The notes under the pieces were generated by a model. That model made no database searches. It saw only the letters and a program-made list of their open reading frames with translations, and was not told the DNA's origin. Below are positions 8,716 to 17,828 of a stretch of DNA of 64,000 bases, piece by piece. Position 1 is the stretch's first letter, and each line of letters starts with the position of its first letter. Location: the NCBI GenBank assembly GCA_964581105.1, contig CAZOMB010000002.1, positions 4,015-68,014 of the forward strand, written 5' to 3'. The translations under genes were made by a program, and so were the position numbers. The DNA is from Candidatus Micrarchaeota archaeon (GTDB taxonomy: Archaea > Micrarchaeota > Micrarchaeia > Anstonellales > Anstonellaceae).

Positions 8716-9579
8716 CTAAACCCCTAGCTTCATGCCATCATATGCAACTTTTGCGTTTTTGAAGGCTTTTTTTGCCTCTGTTAAAATCTGCTTTTCATCC
8801 CTGTACCGGCCTGAGATGTGCGTGAGCAAAAGAAGCTTTGCTTTTGCAGATGCTGCTGTTTTTGCAGCCCTGAAGGCTGTTGAGTGCTTTGCCTGTGCAG
8901 CATCCTCTTTTTTGTCCTCGCAAAATGTTGCCTCATGTATGAGAAGGTCTGCCTGTTTTGCAGCCTTTTTCACATCTAGGCATGGCGCTGTGTCGCCTGT
9001 GTAAACTATTTTCTTTCCCTTTTGCAGGTATGTGACATCTTCTAGCTTGATTGTTTTTTTTCCTATTTTTATTTTGCCCTGCTTTGAAAGCTTTGAGAAA
9101 AGGGGCCCTCTTACCCCTAAGGACTTTGCCTTTTTCTCATAAAAGCGCCTTCTGTCCTTTTCCTGCAGCACAAAGCCAAAGCTGTTAATTGAATGGCTTG
9201 TCTTGAATGCTGATATTGAAAAGCCCTCAAATTCTGCCACTAATCCTGGCTTGTACTCAATTATTTTTGTGAAATGCTTCTTTGTGAATGCATTTGCAGA
9301 GCCTGCAGGCACATAAATTGCAAGTTCAGTTTGCCTGTTGTTAAGCCTCATTGTCTCAACAATTCCAAATACCCCTAAAAAGTGGTCCAGATGCATGTGG
9401 CTTATGAAAATTGCCCTTATTCCCATGTAAGAAAGGCCGTATTTCATCATCTGCCGCTGTGTGCCTTCACCGCAGTCAAAAAGCAAAATATCTCCATTTT
9501 TCCTTATTGCAACTGAGGAAAGGTTCCTTTGCACTGTTGGCACAGCTGAGGATGTGCCGAGCATGGTTATTTCAAACAT
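8716..9579 (-). CDS. rnz: Ribonuclease Z
   Basis: LGTSSAVPT, FDCGEGTQRQ, SHMHLDH, YTGDT, LIHEATF, AKHST, LTHISGRY. Confidence 0.96.
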   Translation of the reverse strand: MFEITMLGTSSAVPTVQRNLSSVAIRKNGDILLFDCGEGTQRQMMKYGLSYMGIRAIFISHMHLDHFLGVFGIVETMRLNNRQTELAIYVPAGSANAFTKKHFTKIIEYKPGLVAEFEGFSISAFKTSHSINSFGFVLQEKDRRRFYEKKAKSLGVRGPLFSKLSKQGKIKIGKKTIKLEDVTYLQKGKKIVYTGDTAPCLDVKKAAKQADLLIHEATFCEDKKEDAAQAKHSTAFRAAKTAASAKAKLLLLTHISGRYRDEKQILTEAKKAFKNAKVAYDGMKLGV

Positions 9580-9589
9580 GCAAAAATTA

Positions 9590-9612
9590 GGGCAATGGGC
9601 ATATAAAAGCTA
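9590..9612 (-). promoter_or_regulatory. Archaeal BRE/TATA promoter of rnz; example of recurrent (A)GCTTTWTAWA motif
   Basis: Minus strand TAGCTTTTATAT about 25 nt before the ATG; similar motif upstream of minus-strand genes starting at 16376, 29931, 33018, 48212 and 48757. Confidence 0.55.
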
Positions 9613-10338
9613 ATCTTTGGCATTGAGAAGGTATGCTCCTGTTGTTATTATCACTATTACAAGGGCTGCAAGGGAAATGAGGGGGTTTTTCCTCAAGAAA
9701 TCAATTGGGTCATTTGAGTCTCCTTCTGGCTTGAGTGAGTCAAGCAGATTGCCATTATTTGACTGGTTTAATGAAATGTTTGGAAGAGAAAAGCCACTTG
9801 AGTTGTTTTGCGACTGGTTTTCCCCAAGCGCATTTTTCAGTGTCTCAAAAAGCCTTCCTGCCTCTTTTTCAATGTTTATTGTTTCTGATGCCTCAACAAT
9901 CTCTGACTTTAATGAGATTTTTGATATTGACCCTTGCTCAGACTCGCCTGGCTGTAAAAGCACAAGCACTGGAATTTGTACGGAAAGAACAGAGGAGTTT
10001 GCACAGGTATTGTCCTGAACATCGCAAATGAGAAATGCTTCTGCTGTTTTTTGTTCCCCAAGCATTGATGGGAATTGTATGCTTGAGTTGTTTTGCGCTG
10101 TTGCAGTGATTTTTACTGCAATTGACTTTCCCTCAAGCCCTAAAAGCGCTGAATCTGGCACTGCCCATGCTGCATTTATTGTCCCGTTGTAGGAAATTCC
10201 TGGTATAAGCTCTGCAAATCCAAAGTCATATGAATAGTCCACAAGCTTCTCAACCGGGGAAATATTCAGCTCAACCTCGTCTGTAAAAGAGGTTGAGAGA
10301 AGGTATGCTAAGAGCAATCCTGCAGTCAAACTGGCCAT
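9610..10338 (-). CDS. Hypothetical membrane protein with N- and C-terminal TM segments
   Basis: MASLTAGLLLAYLL...; C-terminal PLISLAALVIVIITTGAYLL; alternative TTG start at 10347. Confidence 0.6.
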   Translation of the reverse strand: MASLTAGLLLAYLLSTSFTDEVELNISPVEKLVDYSYDFGFAELIPGISYNGTINAAWAVPDSALLGLEGKSIAVKITATAQNNSSIQFPSMLGEQKTAEAFLICDVQDNTCANSSVLSVQIPVLVLLQPGESEQGSISKISLKSEIVEASETINIEKEAGRLFETLKNALGENQSQNNSSGFSLPNISLNQSNNGNLLDSLKPEGDSNDPIDFLRKNPLISLAALVIVIITTGAYLLNAKD

Positions 10339-10368
10339 GCATAACAAAACACGAGGAAGTATTTAATC

Positions 10369-11772
10369 TTAATGCAGCTTCTGTTTTCTTATCCAGCCTA
10401 TGTTGCTCTTGTAAAAGGTGCGGATATCCCCTATGTCATTGAGAAGCATAAGTGGCCGCTCAAGAGATAAGCCCCATGCTAAAACAGGGTACCGGTCGCA
10501 AAGCGGGATTGATACTTCTGGCCTGAAAATGCCTGCCCCCCCAAGTTCAAGCCATTGTTTTTTCTTTTCAAAGTAAACTGTCACCTGCAAAGAGGGCTCT
10601 GTGTATGGGAAATATGAAGGTTCAAAGCGTATTTTCTCAAACCCGAGTTTTTTGTAAAACTCCCTTAGGCACCCCAACAAATCCCTGAAGGTTGCGCCTT
10701 CCCATACCACTATCCCTTCTACCTGGAAAAATTCTGCCAAATGCTTGTAATCAGTTGCCTCATTGCGGTATACTTTGCCTATTGAGAAGTATTTTTTTGG
10801 CTGCTTGTTCCTGCAAAAATTGTACAGGTATGATGCAGATACTGTGGTTGTGTGCGTTCGAAGAACTGTCTTTTTTGCGTTTTTCTCAAGCCAGTCGCCC
10901 CCCCAGGATTTTTCATGTATTTTTTTCACTCTTGCAACCAATGAATCATCTTTTGGGAGAGAGGAGGATGATTTTAAGTAAAAGGTGTCAGCCAAATCCC
11001 TTGCAGGATGGTCCTGTGGCTGGAAAAGAGCGTCAAAGTTCCAGAATGATGACTGTATTTGCGGCCCATACATTTCCTCAAAGCCCATTTGCATGAAAAT
11101 TTTGGTTATTTTTTTCCTTAGCCTGGAAATCATGTGCCTTTTTGCTGCAAAAGGTATTTCTGCAGGCGCTGAAATGTCATATTCGCGAAGCTTTGTGTTT
11201 TTCCATGAGCCTGACAAAAGCATGTCGCGTGTCAATACATTTACTGATTCTGATTGGGGCTCTTCTGGCGCAACTGCTGTTGGCTCAATGTAAAGGGTTT
11301 TTTCTGTTTCAATTGTAATAAGTTTTCTTTTGAGAAGGAGCTTTTCCTCTTCTGTGCTTAACTTCTCATTGTTTTTTAGTTTTTTGAGAGAAACCATTGG
11401 CCCATAATCTTGCTCAAGCTCTTTTTCAGATACCAACTTTCCCTGCTCAACTTTTACCCAGCCGTTTTTTGTTGCCCATGCCAAGCCAATGGTCCTTTCT
11501 TCCTGTGAAAGGGATGATACTGTGGATGATGCTTGCGCTGCCTTGTGGACCTTTTGCTCTGGAAACCCGTCTGACAGGAACTTTTCTGCTTGCCCTGTGA
11601 GAGTAGTTTTCTTTTCCTCTAAATACTCAAGGGAAACATAGCCTTTTTCCTTGAGGCTTTGGCAGAATGAGTGTATTGATGAAACAGGTATCCCAGACTC
11701 CTGGGAGAGCTTTTGTGCAGGCATTTTCTCCTTGAGATGTGATAGTATTTTTGACTCAATTTGGTGAAGCAT
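10369..11772 (-). CDS. pheS: Phenylalanine--tRNA ligase alpha subunit, long archaeal type
   Basis: FWNFDALFQPQDHPARDLADTF, LRTHTT, VYRNE, EFFQVEG, YFPYTEPS, WLELGGAG. Confidence 0.97.
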   Translation of the reverse strand: MLHQIESKILSHLKEKMPAQKLSQESGIPVSSIHSFCQSLKEKGYVSLEYLEEKKTTLTGQAEKFLSDGFPEQKVHKAAQASSTVSSLSQEERTIGLAWATKNGWVKVEQGKLVSEKELEQDYGPMVSLKKLKNNEKLSTEEEKLLLKRKLITIETEKTLYIEPTAVAPEEPQSESVNVLTRDMLLSGSWKNTKLREYDISAPAEIPFAAKRHMISRLRKKITKIFMQMGFEEMYGPQIQSSFWNFDALFQPQDHPARDLADTFYLKSSSSLPKDDSLVARVKKIHEKSWGGDWLEKNAKKTVLRTHTTTVSASYLYNFCRNKQPKKYFSIGKVYRNEATDYKHLAEFFQVEGIVVWEGATFRDLLGCLREFYKKLGFEKIRFEPSYFPYTEPSLQVTVYFEKKKQWLELGGAGIFRPEVSIPLCDRYPVLAWGLSLERPLMLLNDIGDIRTFYKSNIGWIRKQKLH

Positions 11773-11776
11773 CAGC

Positions 11777-12637
11777 TCACTTCCTGCCTATTCTGTTGAA
11801 ATAGTAGAATGCTGCTGCTGCAGCTGCAATTATTATGACTGCTGCCAAGCCTTCTGGCCCTAGGAAGACCAAAATTACGCTGTTTTGCGCATCTTTGAAG
11901 AATTCTATCACTTCGCTTTCAAGAGGCAGTTCCACGTCGTATGTGAACTCAAACTTTGAAAGGGTCTCTCCCTGCCAGTCAAAAACTCTTTTTTCCCCTA
12001 TATAGTAGCGCAGGTTTGTTGACTGGTCATACCTGAAGGATTGCTCGCTTTCGTCCTCAAGGTTTGACGGGACTGTTGAAAAGTATATTTTTTCTGCTGA
12101 CTGGGGGATTGCAATTGAGATTATTGTGCCTTTTGGCAATATCAGGTCCTTGCTTTTTGTCTGCTCAAAGGAAAGCGCATCCTGCTGCAATGAGTACCTT
12201 GAGGTGCGGGGCTTGTACTTCTCAACTTTTATCAAGCCTGAGCCGTTTTCAGACGCAGGCACTTTGTAGTCAAGAACAACTGTTGCGTGGCATATTCCTA
12301 TGAATGAGTTGCACCTTTCAATTGCCTGGGGCAAAATCCTCAAGTCCTGTATGTCTGCCTTTGCCCTTGTTATGTGGTGGCGCATCTCAGAAAGCTGGGT
12401 GCGGTTCTTCCATGTGCTAAGGTCAGAGTAAGTGGAGCGAGTTGTCTCATAAAGGTCCCTTGATGACGAGCCATTCACCATTATCTCAACCTGCTCCTCA
12501 ATGCTTGCGTCGCCTCCCTGATTTATGTTGATTGACACTGTCAGTGACTTTAGGGTAAACTCTGCTGAAACGAGGCTGCAGCAGAGCAGAATAACAAGGC
12601 CAAGCACTGCTATTGGCTTTTCAGACGTCAGAGCCAT
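11777..12637 (-). CDS. Secreted/membrane-anchored hypothetical protein
   Basis: Start MALTSEKPIAVLGLVILLCCSLVSA (signal peptide); C-terminal TM. Confidence 0.65.
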   Translation of the reverse strand: MALTSEKPIAVLGLVILLCCSLVSAEFTLKSLTVSININQGGDASIEEQVEIMVNGSSSRDLYETTRSTYSDLSTWKNRTQLSEMRHHITRAKADIQDLRILPQAIERCNSFIGICHATVVLDYKVPASENGSGLIKVEKYKPRTSRYSLQQDALSFEQTKSKDLILPKGTIISIAIPQSAEKIYFSTVPSNLEDESEQSFRYDQSTNLRYYIGEKRVFDWQGETLSKFEFTYDVELPLESEVIEFFKDAQNSVILVFLGPEGLAAVIIIAAAAAAFYYFNRIGRK

Positions 12638-12689
12638 GGAATGCTTTTGAGTAATATCTATATAAATGTGTGGAAGTAAAGACGAAAAT

Positions 12690-13361
12690 ATGCGCTCAGT
12701 CACATATTTGGGCCATTCCTCATTCGAGGCAAGGCTAGGCGACATTGTCATTTTGTTCAATCCTGTGGTCTCAGAGTCAGTTGGCGGAAAGAAAAGGCTG
12801 ATAAAAAGCTCGCTTAACCCTTCATCTGTAAAGGACTGCGACATGATATTCCTGTCAAATGAGGAGCCTGGCAACTGCGAGCCAGAAGTTGTCAAAGAGA
12901 TTTCTGAGAGGACTTTTGCAAGCGTTGTTGCCCCAAAGCCAGCTCTTTCAAAAATAGATATTTCTGACAGGTTCAAAATTGATGTTAGGACAGGTGACAA
13001 GTTCTCTTCAAAGGGCATTGATGTTGAGGTAATAAAGGCAGTGCACCCTCAGTCGGAATACCCTGTTGGCTATTTGGTAAAAGGAGACGGGGCAGCTGTG
13101 TACCATGCAGGAGATACATACAGCTTTACTGACATGGCCAGGATAAAATGCGATGTTGCGCTTGTGCCAATTGGCGGCGGCTCTGTGATGGACCCGTTTG
13201 CAGCAAACAGCATGGTAAAGGAAATGAGACCAAAGATTGCTGTGCCAATGCATTACAACACATTTGAGAGGATAAGCCAGGACCCTCAGGAGTTTGTTAT
13301 AGACCTTGGCGGGAAAACAAAGGGAGTTTCCCTTAAGGTTGGCCAGGAACTTAGGTTTTAA
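12690..13361 (+). CDS. Metallo-beta-lactamase-fold hydrolase, UPF0173-like; metal motif partly degenerate
   Basis: VTYLGHSSF, VYHAGDT, DVALVPIGG, AVPMHYNTF; the usual THxHxDH reads SNEEPGN. Confidence 0.8.
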   Translation: MRSVTYLGHSSFEARLGDIVILFNPVVSESVGGKKRLIKSSLNPSSVKDCDMIFLSNEEPGNCEPEVVKEISERTFASVVAPKPALSKIDISDRFKIDVRTGDKFSSKGIDVEVIKAVHPQSEYPVGYLVKGDGAAVYHAGDTYSFTDMARIKCDVALVPIGGGSVMDPFAANSMVKEMRPKIAVPMHYNTFERISQDPQEFVIDLGGKTKGVSLKVGQELRF

Positions 13362-13380
13362 GCGATTTGGAGGTGTTGAA

Positions 13381-13779
13381 GTGATAACTGGAATAAAGAT
13401 TACCTCTGTTGAGGCAAAGAGGGACAAGGATGATGACATGACAGGCCTAAACGTCAATATAGGGGTTGACAGTGCCACTGTAAAAGGAGAAGAGGCAGTA
13501 ATTGCTTTCAATTACTCTGCCATATACTCAGAGGGGGTTGGCGAGCTGAAGATGAAAGGCACAATAACAGCAAAAGAGGACCCTGGCCTTCTCAAGGAGA
13601 TTACTGACAAATGGAAAAAAGAGAAAAAGCTGCCTGACAGGTTTGCAGAAATTGTGCTAAATGCAATCAACTATGCGTGCGGAACGAACGGCGTGTTTGT
13701 TGTAAGGCCAATCAATTTGTCGCCTCCAATAGTGCCCCCAAGAATAGAGCTGAAAGGAAAGGGTGCGCAAAGCTCCTGA
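13381..13779 (+). CDS. Conserved archaeal protein, possible SecB-like fold
   Basis: GTG start after GGAGGTG; beta-strand pattern, then helices, ending INLSPPIVPPRI. Confidence 0.55.
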   Translation: MITGIKITSVEAKRDKDDDMTGLNVNIGVDSATVKGEEAVIAFNYSAIYSEGVGELKMKGTITAKEDPGLLKEITDKWKKEKKLPDRFAEIVLNAINYACGTNGVFVVRPINLSPPIVPPRIELKGKGAQSS

Positions 13780-13804
13780 GTCGCTTTAGGTGTGGGCAAA
13801 GGCA

Positions 13805-13829
13805 TATATACATGTTGCTAATGTATATA
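13805..13829. promoter_or_regulatory. 9-bp inverted repeat with 7-bp spacer over the TATA region
   Basis: TATATACAT-gttgcta-ATGTATATA directly upstream of orphan 13843. Confidence 0.45.
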
Positions 13830-13842
13830 ATGTGGTGAGGAA

Positions 13843-14265
13843 GTGGAAAATGATTCTAATGATAAGAGCATGAAGGCTGTTCTCAAAGGTAAGACCTTAG
13901 ACAACAAAATAGTATATGGCATAATACTTGTTTTCATGTTTTTACACATCACCAATGGGATAACCTCTGTACAAAATTACTTGTCTAAACTACTCAAAAC
14001 AAATGTGCCGGCAGAAGCAATCCCACAGGCAAACAAGGCAAAAAAAACAGTGGAAGTAACAAAAGACGGGATTGTTCCTCAAAACCCCAAGCTCAGTGGA
14101 ACAAAAACCCATCAAAAAATAAAATTGCCAGAAACCAAGCTAATGGATTACCAGCATACTCCTCTTGTAATGGAATATGGGAAGCTGCCAAAAAGGATTA
14201 TTACCAAGAATGGCTTTGCCCCAAAAATGTCAAAATATGACATGAAAAGGAAAATCCCCCGTTAA
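13843..14265 (+). CDS. Orphan single-TM basic protein
   Basis: GTG start after GTGAGG; one hydrophobic stretch IVYGIILVFMFL; Lys/Pro-rich. Confidence 0.5.
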   Translation: MENDSNDKSMKAVLKGKTLDNKIVYGIILVFMFLHITNGITSVQNYLSKLLKTNVPAEAIPQANKAKKTVEVTKDGIVPQNPKLSGTKTHQKIKLPETKLMDYQHTPLVMEYGKLPKRIITKNGFAPKMSKYDMKRKIPR

Positions 14266-14271
14266 CTTCTT

Positions 14272-16014
14272 CTAAAGCCTGGTGCTGGAAAGCTTTGCAG
14301 AGCGGAATGCAGATACCATGCTTGTTATTGCAAATGCCAATGAGGGAAGCACAAGGATTATTGCGATTGATGAGGGAGTAATGGTATATGCCCATACATA
14401 AAGCACACTAAGGGCAATGAAAAAAAGCGAAGAGATAAAATGGCCTATTGCATGGTATTTTGAGTTTTTGCCTGTGCGCACAGTCATCTTAAGGATTGAG
14501 CCTGCCAAAGACTTTGTATTGACCAGGAAAAGTGCTGAAGGGATGAAAAAGCCTGCAAAAATGAAAAGGTAAAACGGATCTAAAAAGCTCCATTGGGGCT
14601 GCTGGGCAAAGAACAGGCCAAAATAACAGGCAACTGATACCAGTAAGAGAAGCGCGCCGTTTTTTGAGCTTAGGGCAAGGTGCTCATGCGTAGAAAGCTG
14701 GTCTGTCCTGTATGAGATGCTGGGCAGCTTTTCAACCACCTTGTAATAGCGCGAGCTTTCTGAAAATGCCCGTCTCATGCCAAGTGCTGTTGAGCGGAAA
14801 AGCCTTATGTTCTTTATTGCCATTTTAGGGGAAAAACGGCGCAAATGGTTGTAAAGCTCGTTTTCACGGCTGAACATCCATGCAGAAACAAATGAGGATA
14901 CTATTATTGCAAATGCAAAGCTGCCAAGGAATTCTGGCGGTATTAACCCCTTTGCTGTGCCTTGGCTCATCAAAAGAAGGGAAAGCTCTGACATTGCAAC
15001 AAAGGTTGCTGCGCAAAAGCATGCGCTCCTGCCTGGAAATCCAGCTATGTATGCTGCCAGGCCTGCTGAGAAAAAGCGGACCACTATGCCTATGAATAAG
15101 AATAGTAACAGCAGCTGCAAATTTGAAAGTACTGCATATATGTTTACAAGAAGGCCTATTGAGAAAAAGAAAAAGGACGCAAACAGGGAATTAAAGGGCT
15201 TTATTTTTTCCTCTATTTTCCTTGAGTGGGGCGAGCCTGCTATTATGCTCCCTGCAAGGAAAGCCCCCACTGACAGGGAAAGCCCGATTGCCTCAGACAT
15301 GTAGCCTATTACAAGAACAAGGCTGACTGTGGCAAGTATCAGAAGCTCGTTGCTGTGGGAAACAAGCTCAAGGAACTTGTTTATTATTTTTGAAAGCACA
15401 AGATAGGCAAATACAAATGTCAGCGCCACGCGTAGCAAAGAAAGCGCAAACGCATATTCATTGGTAACAAATGGCTGCTCTGAAATAAGACCAAGGAAAA
15501 ATACAATTAAAAGGTCCTCTATTATGAGGATTGAGATTATGAATGGTACTTCTGGCCTTCTTATTTTTCCAGAGTCCTCCAAGAGCTTGATTATTATCGG
15601 GGTGCTTGAAAAGGAAAGCACTAGCGCCACAAGCGCAGATGTCTGAGTTTCAAACCCAAGCGCAAAAAGAGAGCCATATGCAATCAAGTATACTATGCCT
15701 ATTTTCACAACTGCAGCCAAAAAAGTGAAAAGCCCTAATCTTGAGAGCTTTATGACGGAAAATTCAAGCCCAATGCCAAACAGTATCAGTGCTGCGCCTA
15801 TTACTGCAAATACCTCGACTATCTCAGGCTCTGTGATTATTACCTGGTCAAGCTCCAATCCAAATAAGGAAACTCCTGCAAGAGGACTAAAAGGGCCAAA
15901 CAGCATGCCAGCAACAAGTACTCCGAGAACATGCGGAAGCCTGAGCCTGTTGAAAATCAGGGCTGAGAGCATTATCACTGTAATGCTTATTCCAACTGCA
16001 AGTGCAGGCTCCAT
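14272..16014 (-). CDS. Cation:proton antiporter, CPA2/KefB-like
   Basis: LFGIGLEFS, SFSSTPIIIK, ILIIEDL, LGAFLAG-like VGAFLAG, FFFSIG, MSELSL; many TMs. Confidence 0.9.
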   Translation of the reverse strand: MEPALAVGISITVIMLSALIFNRLRLPHVLGVLVAGMLFGPFSPLAGVSLFGLELDQVIITEPEIVEVFAVIGAALILFGIGLEFSVIKLSRLGLFTFLAAVVKIGIVYLIAYGSLFALGFETQTSALVALVLSFSSTPIIIKLLEDSGKIRRPEVPFIISILIIEDLLIVFFLGLISEQPFVTNEYAFALSLLRVALTFVFAYLVLSKIINKFLELVSHSNELLILATVSLVLVIGYMSEAIGLSLSVGAFLAGSIIAGSPHSRKIEEKIKPFNSLFASFFFFSIGLLVNIYAVLSNLQLLLLFLFIGIVVRFFSAGLAAYIAGFPGRSACFCAATFVAMSELSLLLMSQGTAKGLIPPEFLGSFAFAIIVSSFVSAWMFSRENELYNHLRRFSPKMAIKNIRLFRSTALGMRRAFSESSRYYKVVEKLPSISYRTDQLSTHEHLALSSKNGALLLLVSVACYFGLFFAQQPQWSFLDPFYLFIFAGFFIPSALFLVNTKSLAGSILKMTVRTGKNSKYHAIGHFISSLFFIALSVLYVWAYTITPSSIAIILVLPSLAFAITSMVSAFRSAKLSSTRL

Positions 16015-16049
16015 GCTGAGAAAATGGGTTCAAAATTTAAAAACAAGAG

Positions 16050-16376
16050 TTAGCAGGCGACTGTTTCACCGGCTATTATAGATAGGATTGCAGGGGCAAT
16101 GACTGAAATCAGTATGCCAATAAGCGCGCCTGTCAAGCAAGAGGTTGCCCATACATTTGCCCTTGCCCTTGTCTCAGCGCCCATCATCTGCCCTGTTGCA
16201 TATATTACTGCTGCCAAAAGCACCATTAGCATTGCAGCTATTGGCACAAGCTCCTTTAAGCCACCACAAAGCGACTCGAGGGCAGACTTTAGCCTTGTTG
16301 TTGGGTCTTGGGCAAAAGCAATGTTAAGAAGAAGCAGGCTGAGTACAAATGCATATAATGCTGTTTTGCTGTTCAT
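16050..16376 (-). CDS. TrbC/VirB2-like pilin (signal peptide plus two hydrophobic helices)
   Basis: MNSKTALYAFVLSLLLLNIAFA...LCGGLKELVPIAAMLMVLLAAVIYATGQ...RARANVWATSCLTGALIGILI. Confidence 0.6.
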   Translation of the reverse strand: MNSKTALYAFVLSLLLLNIAFAQDPTTRLKSALESLCGGLKELVPIAAMLMVLLAAVIYATGQMMGAETRARANVWATSCLTGALIGILISVIAPAILSIIAGETVAC

Positions 16377-16438
16377 TGGCCGCACCGATAGTTTTAGGGG
16401 AAACACAATTTTTAAAGCTAGGGCTTCACGATATTGCC

Positions 16439-17206
16439 ATGAAAATAAGGCTTGACTGGAGGCGCTCTGCTCAGGAAAATGCTGCCAAGCTCTTTGAGCT
16501 CTCAAAAGAACTGGCAAAAAAGGGGAAAGGCGCAGCTAATGCTTTAAAGGAAACTCAGGCTGAACTTGAAAAGCAGGAAAAACACATTGCCAGACAAAAT
16601 GAGATAGACACAGGGCCTGTTATGAAGAGAAAAAGGCAATGGTTTGAAAAGTACCGCTGGTTTTATACTTCTGGCAAAAGGCTTGTTGTTGCAGGAAGGG
16701 ACGCAAAACAGAATGACTTGCTTGTTGCAAGGGTGATGGATGAGCAGGACCTGTTCTTTCATGCTGACATACAAGGCGCGCCTGCCACTATACTTAAGGA
16801 TGGGAAAAAAGCAAATGAAAAGGAAAAAAAAGAGGCTGCAGGATTTGCTGCCTCCCATTCATCTGCCTGGAAAACAGGGGCAGCTGCAGTTGATGTTTAC
16901 TGCGTTTCAAAAGACCAGCTTTCAAAGCATGCACAAGGAGGTTATATAGGGGCTGGTGGGTTTGCAATCAAAGGGAAAAGAGAATGGTTCAAGTCCACAA
17001 GGCTCGGCCTTGCCCTTGGGAAGGTTGATGAAATTGTTGTGTGCCTGCCTGTTTCCCATTCAAAAGCAAAGGAAATGCAACTTGTTTTGCCAGGAAATAT
17101 GGAAAAGGGAAAAGCTGCAAAAGAAATTGCCAAGCTTCTTGGGGCACAAGTTGATGAGGTGCTTTTGGCCCTTCCAGCAGGAAAATTCTCTTTAAAGGGA
17201 AAGTGA
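16439..17206 (+). CDS. NFACT RNA-binding domain protein; C-terminal half of Rqc2/NEMF-like
   Basis: SAQENAAKLFE, WFEKYRWF, VAGRDAKQNDLLV, FFHADIQGAP, ASHSSAWK; N-terminal NFACT-N/HhH absent. Confidence 0.85.
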   Translation: MKIRLDWRRSAQENAAKLFELSKELAKKGKGAANALKETQAELEKQEKHIARQNEIDTGPVMKRKRQWFEKYRWFYTSGKRLVVAGRDAKQNDLLVARVMDEQDLFFHADIQGAPATILKDGKKANEKEKKEAAGFAASHSSAWKTGAAAVDVYCVSKDQLSKHAQGGYIGAGGFAIKGKREWFKSTRLGLALGKVDEIVVCLPVSHSKAKEMQLVLPGNMEKGKAAKEIAKLLGAQVDEVLLALPAGKFSLKGK

Positions 17207-17210
17207 TTGT

Positions 17211-17750
17211 GTGTTTAAGAAGATAGCAAAAAATACATTTATGCTAAGGACTGATGAGAGAACCTGCTCAACTGTTTACTTGATTGAGGAAAATGGAAAA
17301 AAACTGCTTATTGACTCTGGCGATGGAGGAGTGAAAATTGACTTTGTGCCAGATATTTGCATATTGACGCATGGGCATTATGACCATACTTTGGGAGTAA
17401 AGAAAGACTGGCCAAAAGTGCTGCTTCACAAGGATGAGTTTTCATTCAAAGGAGCTTATATAAAAATACCTGAGAATGCTGCTGCAAACCCAATGAAAAA
17501 CCTGGAATTTGGCCCTCATGAATTTGAGTTTTTCCATACTCCTGGGCATACTGATGGCTCAGTAAGCATTTTTGACTTGAAAACAGGGCTTCTTTTCTCA
17601 GGGGACACAAAATTTGCCGGAGGGTCTTATGGCATTACCAACCTTGGCGGAAGCAAGGAGAAGATGCTGCAAAGCCTGAAGCTTATTGACTCTCTTGGCT
17701 ATAAGCTATTGTGCCCAGGGCATGGGGAGCTTGAGGAACGCAAACCGTAG
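17211..17750 (+). CDS. MBL-fold metallo-hydrolase
   Basis: LTHGHYDH, HTPGHTDGS, FSGDT, PGHG. Confidence 0.9.
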   Translation: MFKKIAKNTFMLRTDERTCSTVYLIEENGKKLLIDSGDGGVKIDFVPDICILTHGHYDHTLGVKKDWPKVLLHKDEFSFKGAYIKIPENAAANPMKNLEFGPHEFEFFHTPGHTDGSVSIFDLKTGLLFSGDTKFAGGSYGITNLGGSKEKMLQSLKLIDSLGYKLLCPGHGELEERKP

Positions 17751-17828
17751 CATATTTTAAAGCTTAGTCGGGATAAAGGGTAGAACAAGCCCCTAGACGG
17801 GAGGCTCTGAATTTGTGAGGGTGCAATT

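Noticed and set aside
12638-13018. N-terminal 127 aa of ORF 11777..13018
   Set aside because: Antisense to the MBL hydrolase; the signal peptide begins at ATG 12637
17750-17828. ncRNA or shared leader resembling 33060-33105
   Set aside because: The similarity is mostly the common TTTAAA-GCTT promoter motif; no convincing conserved structure
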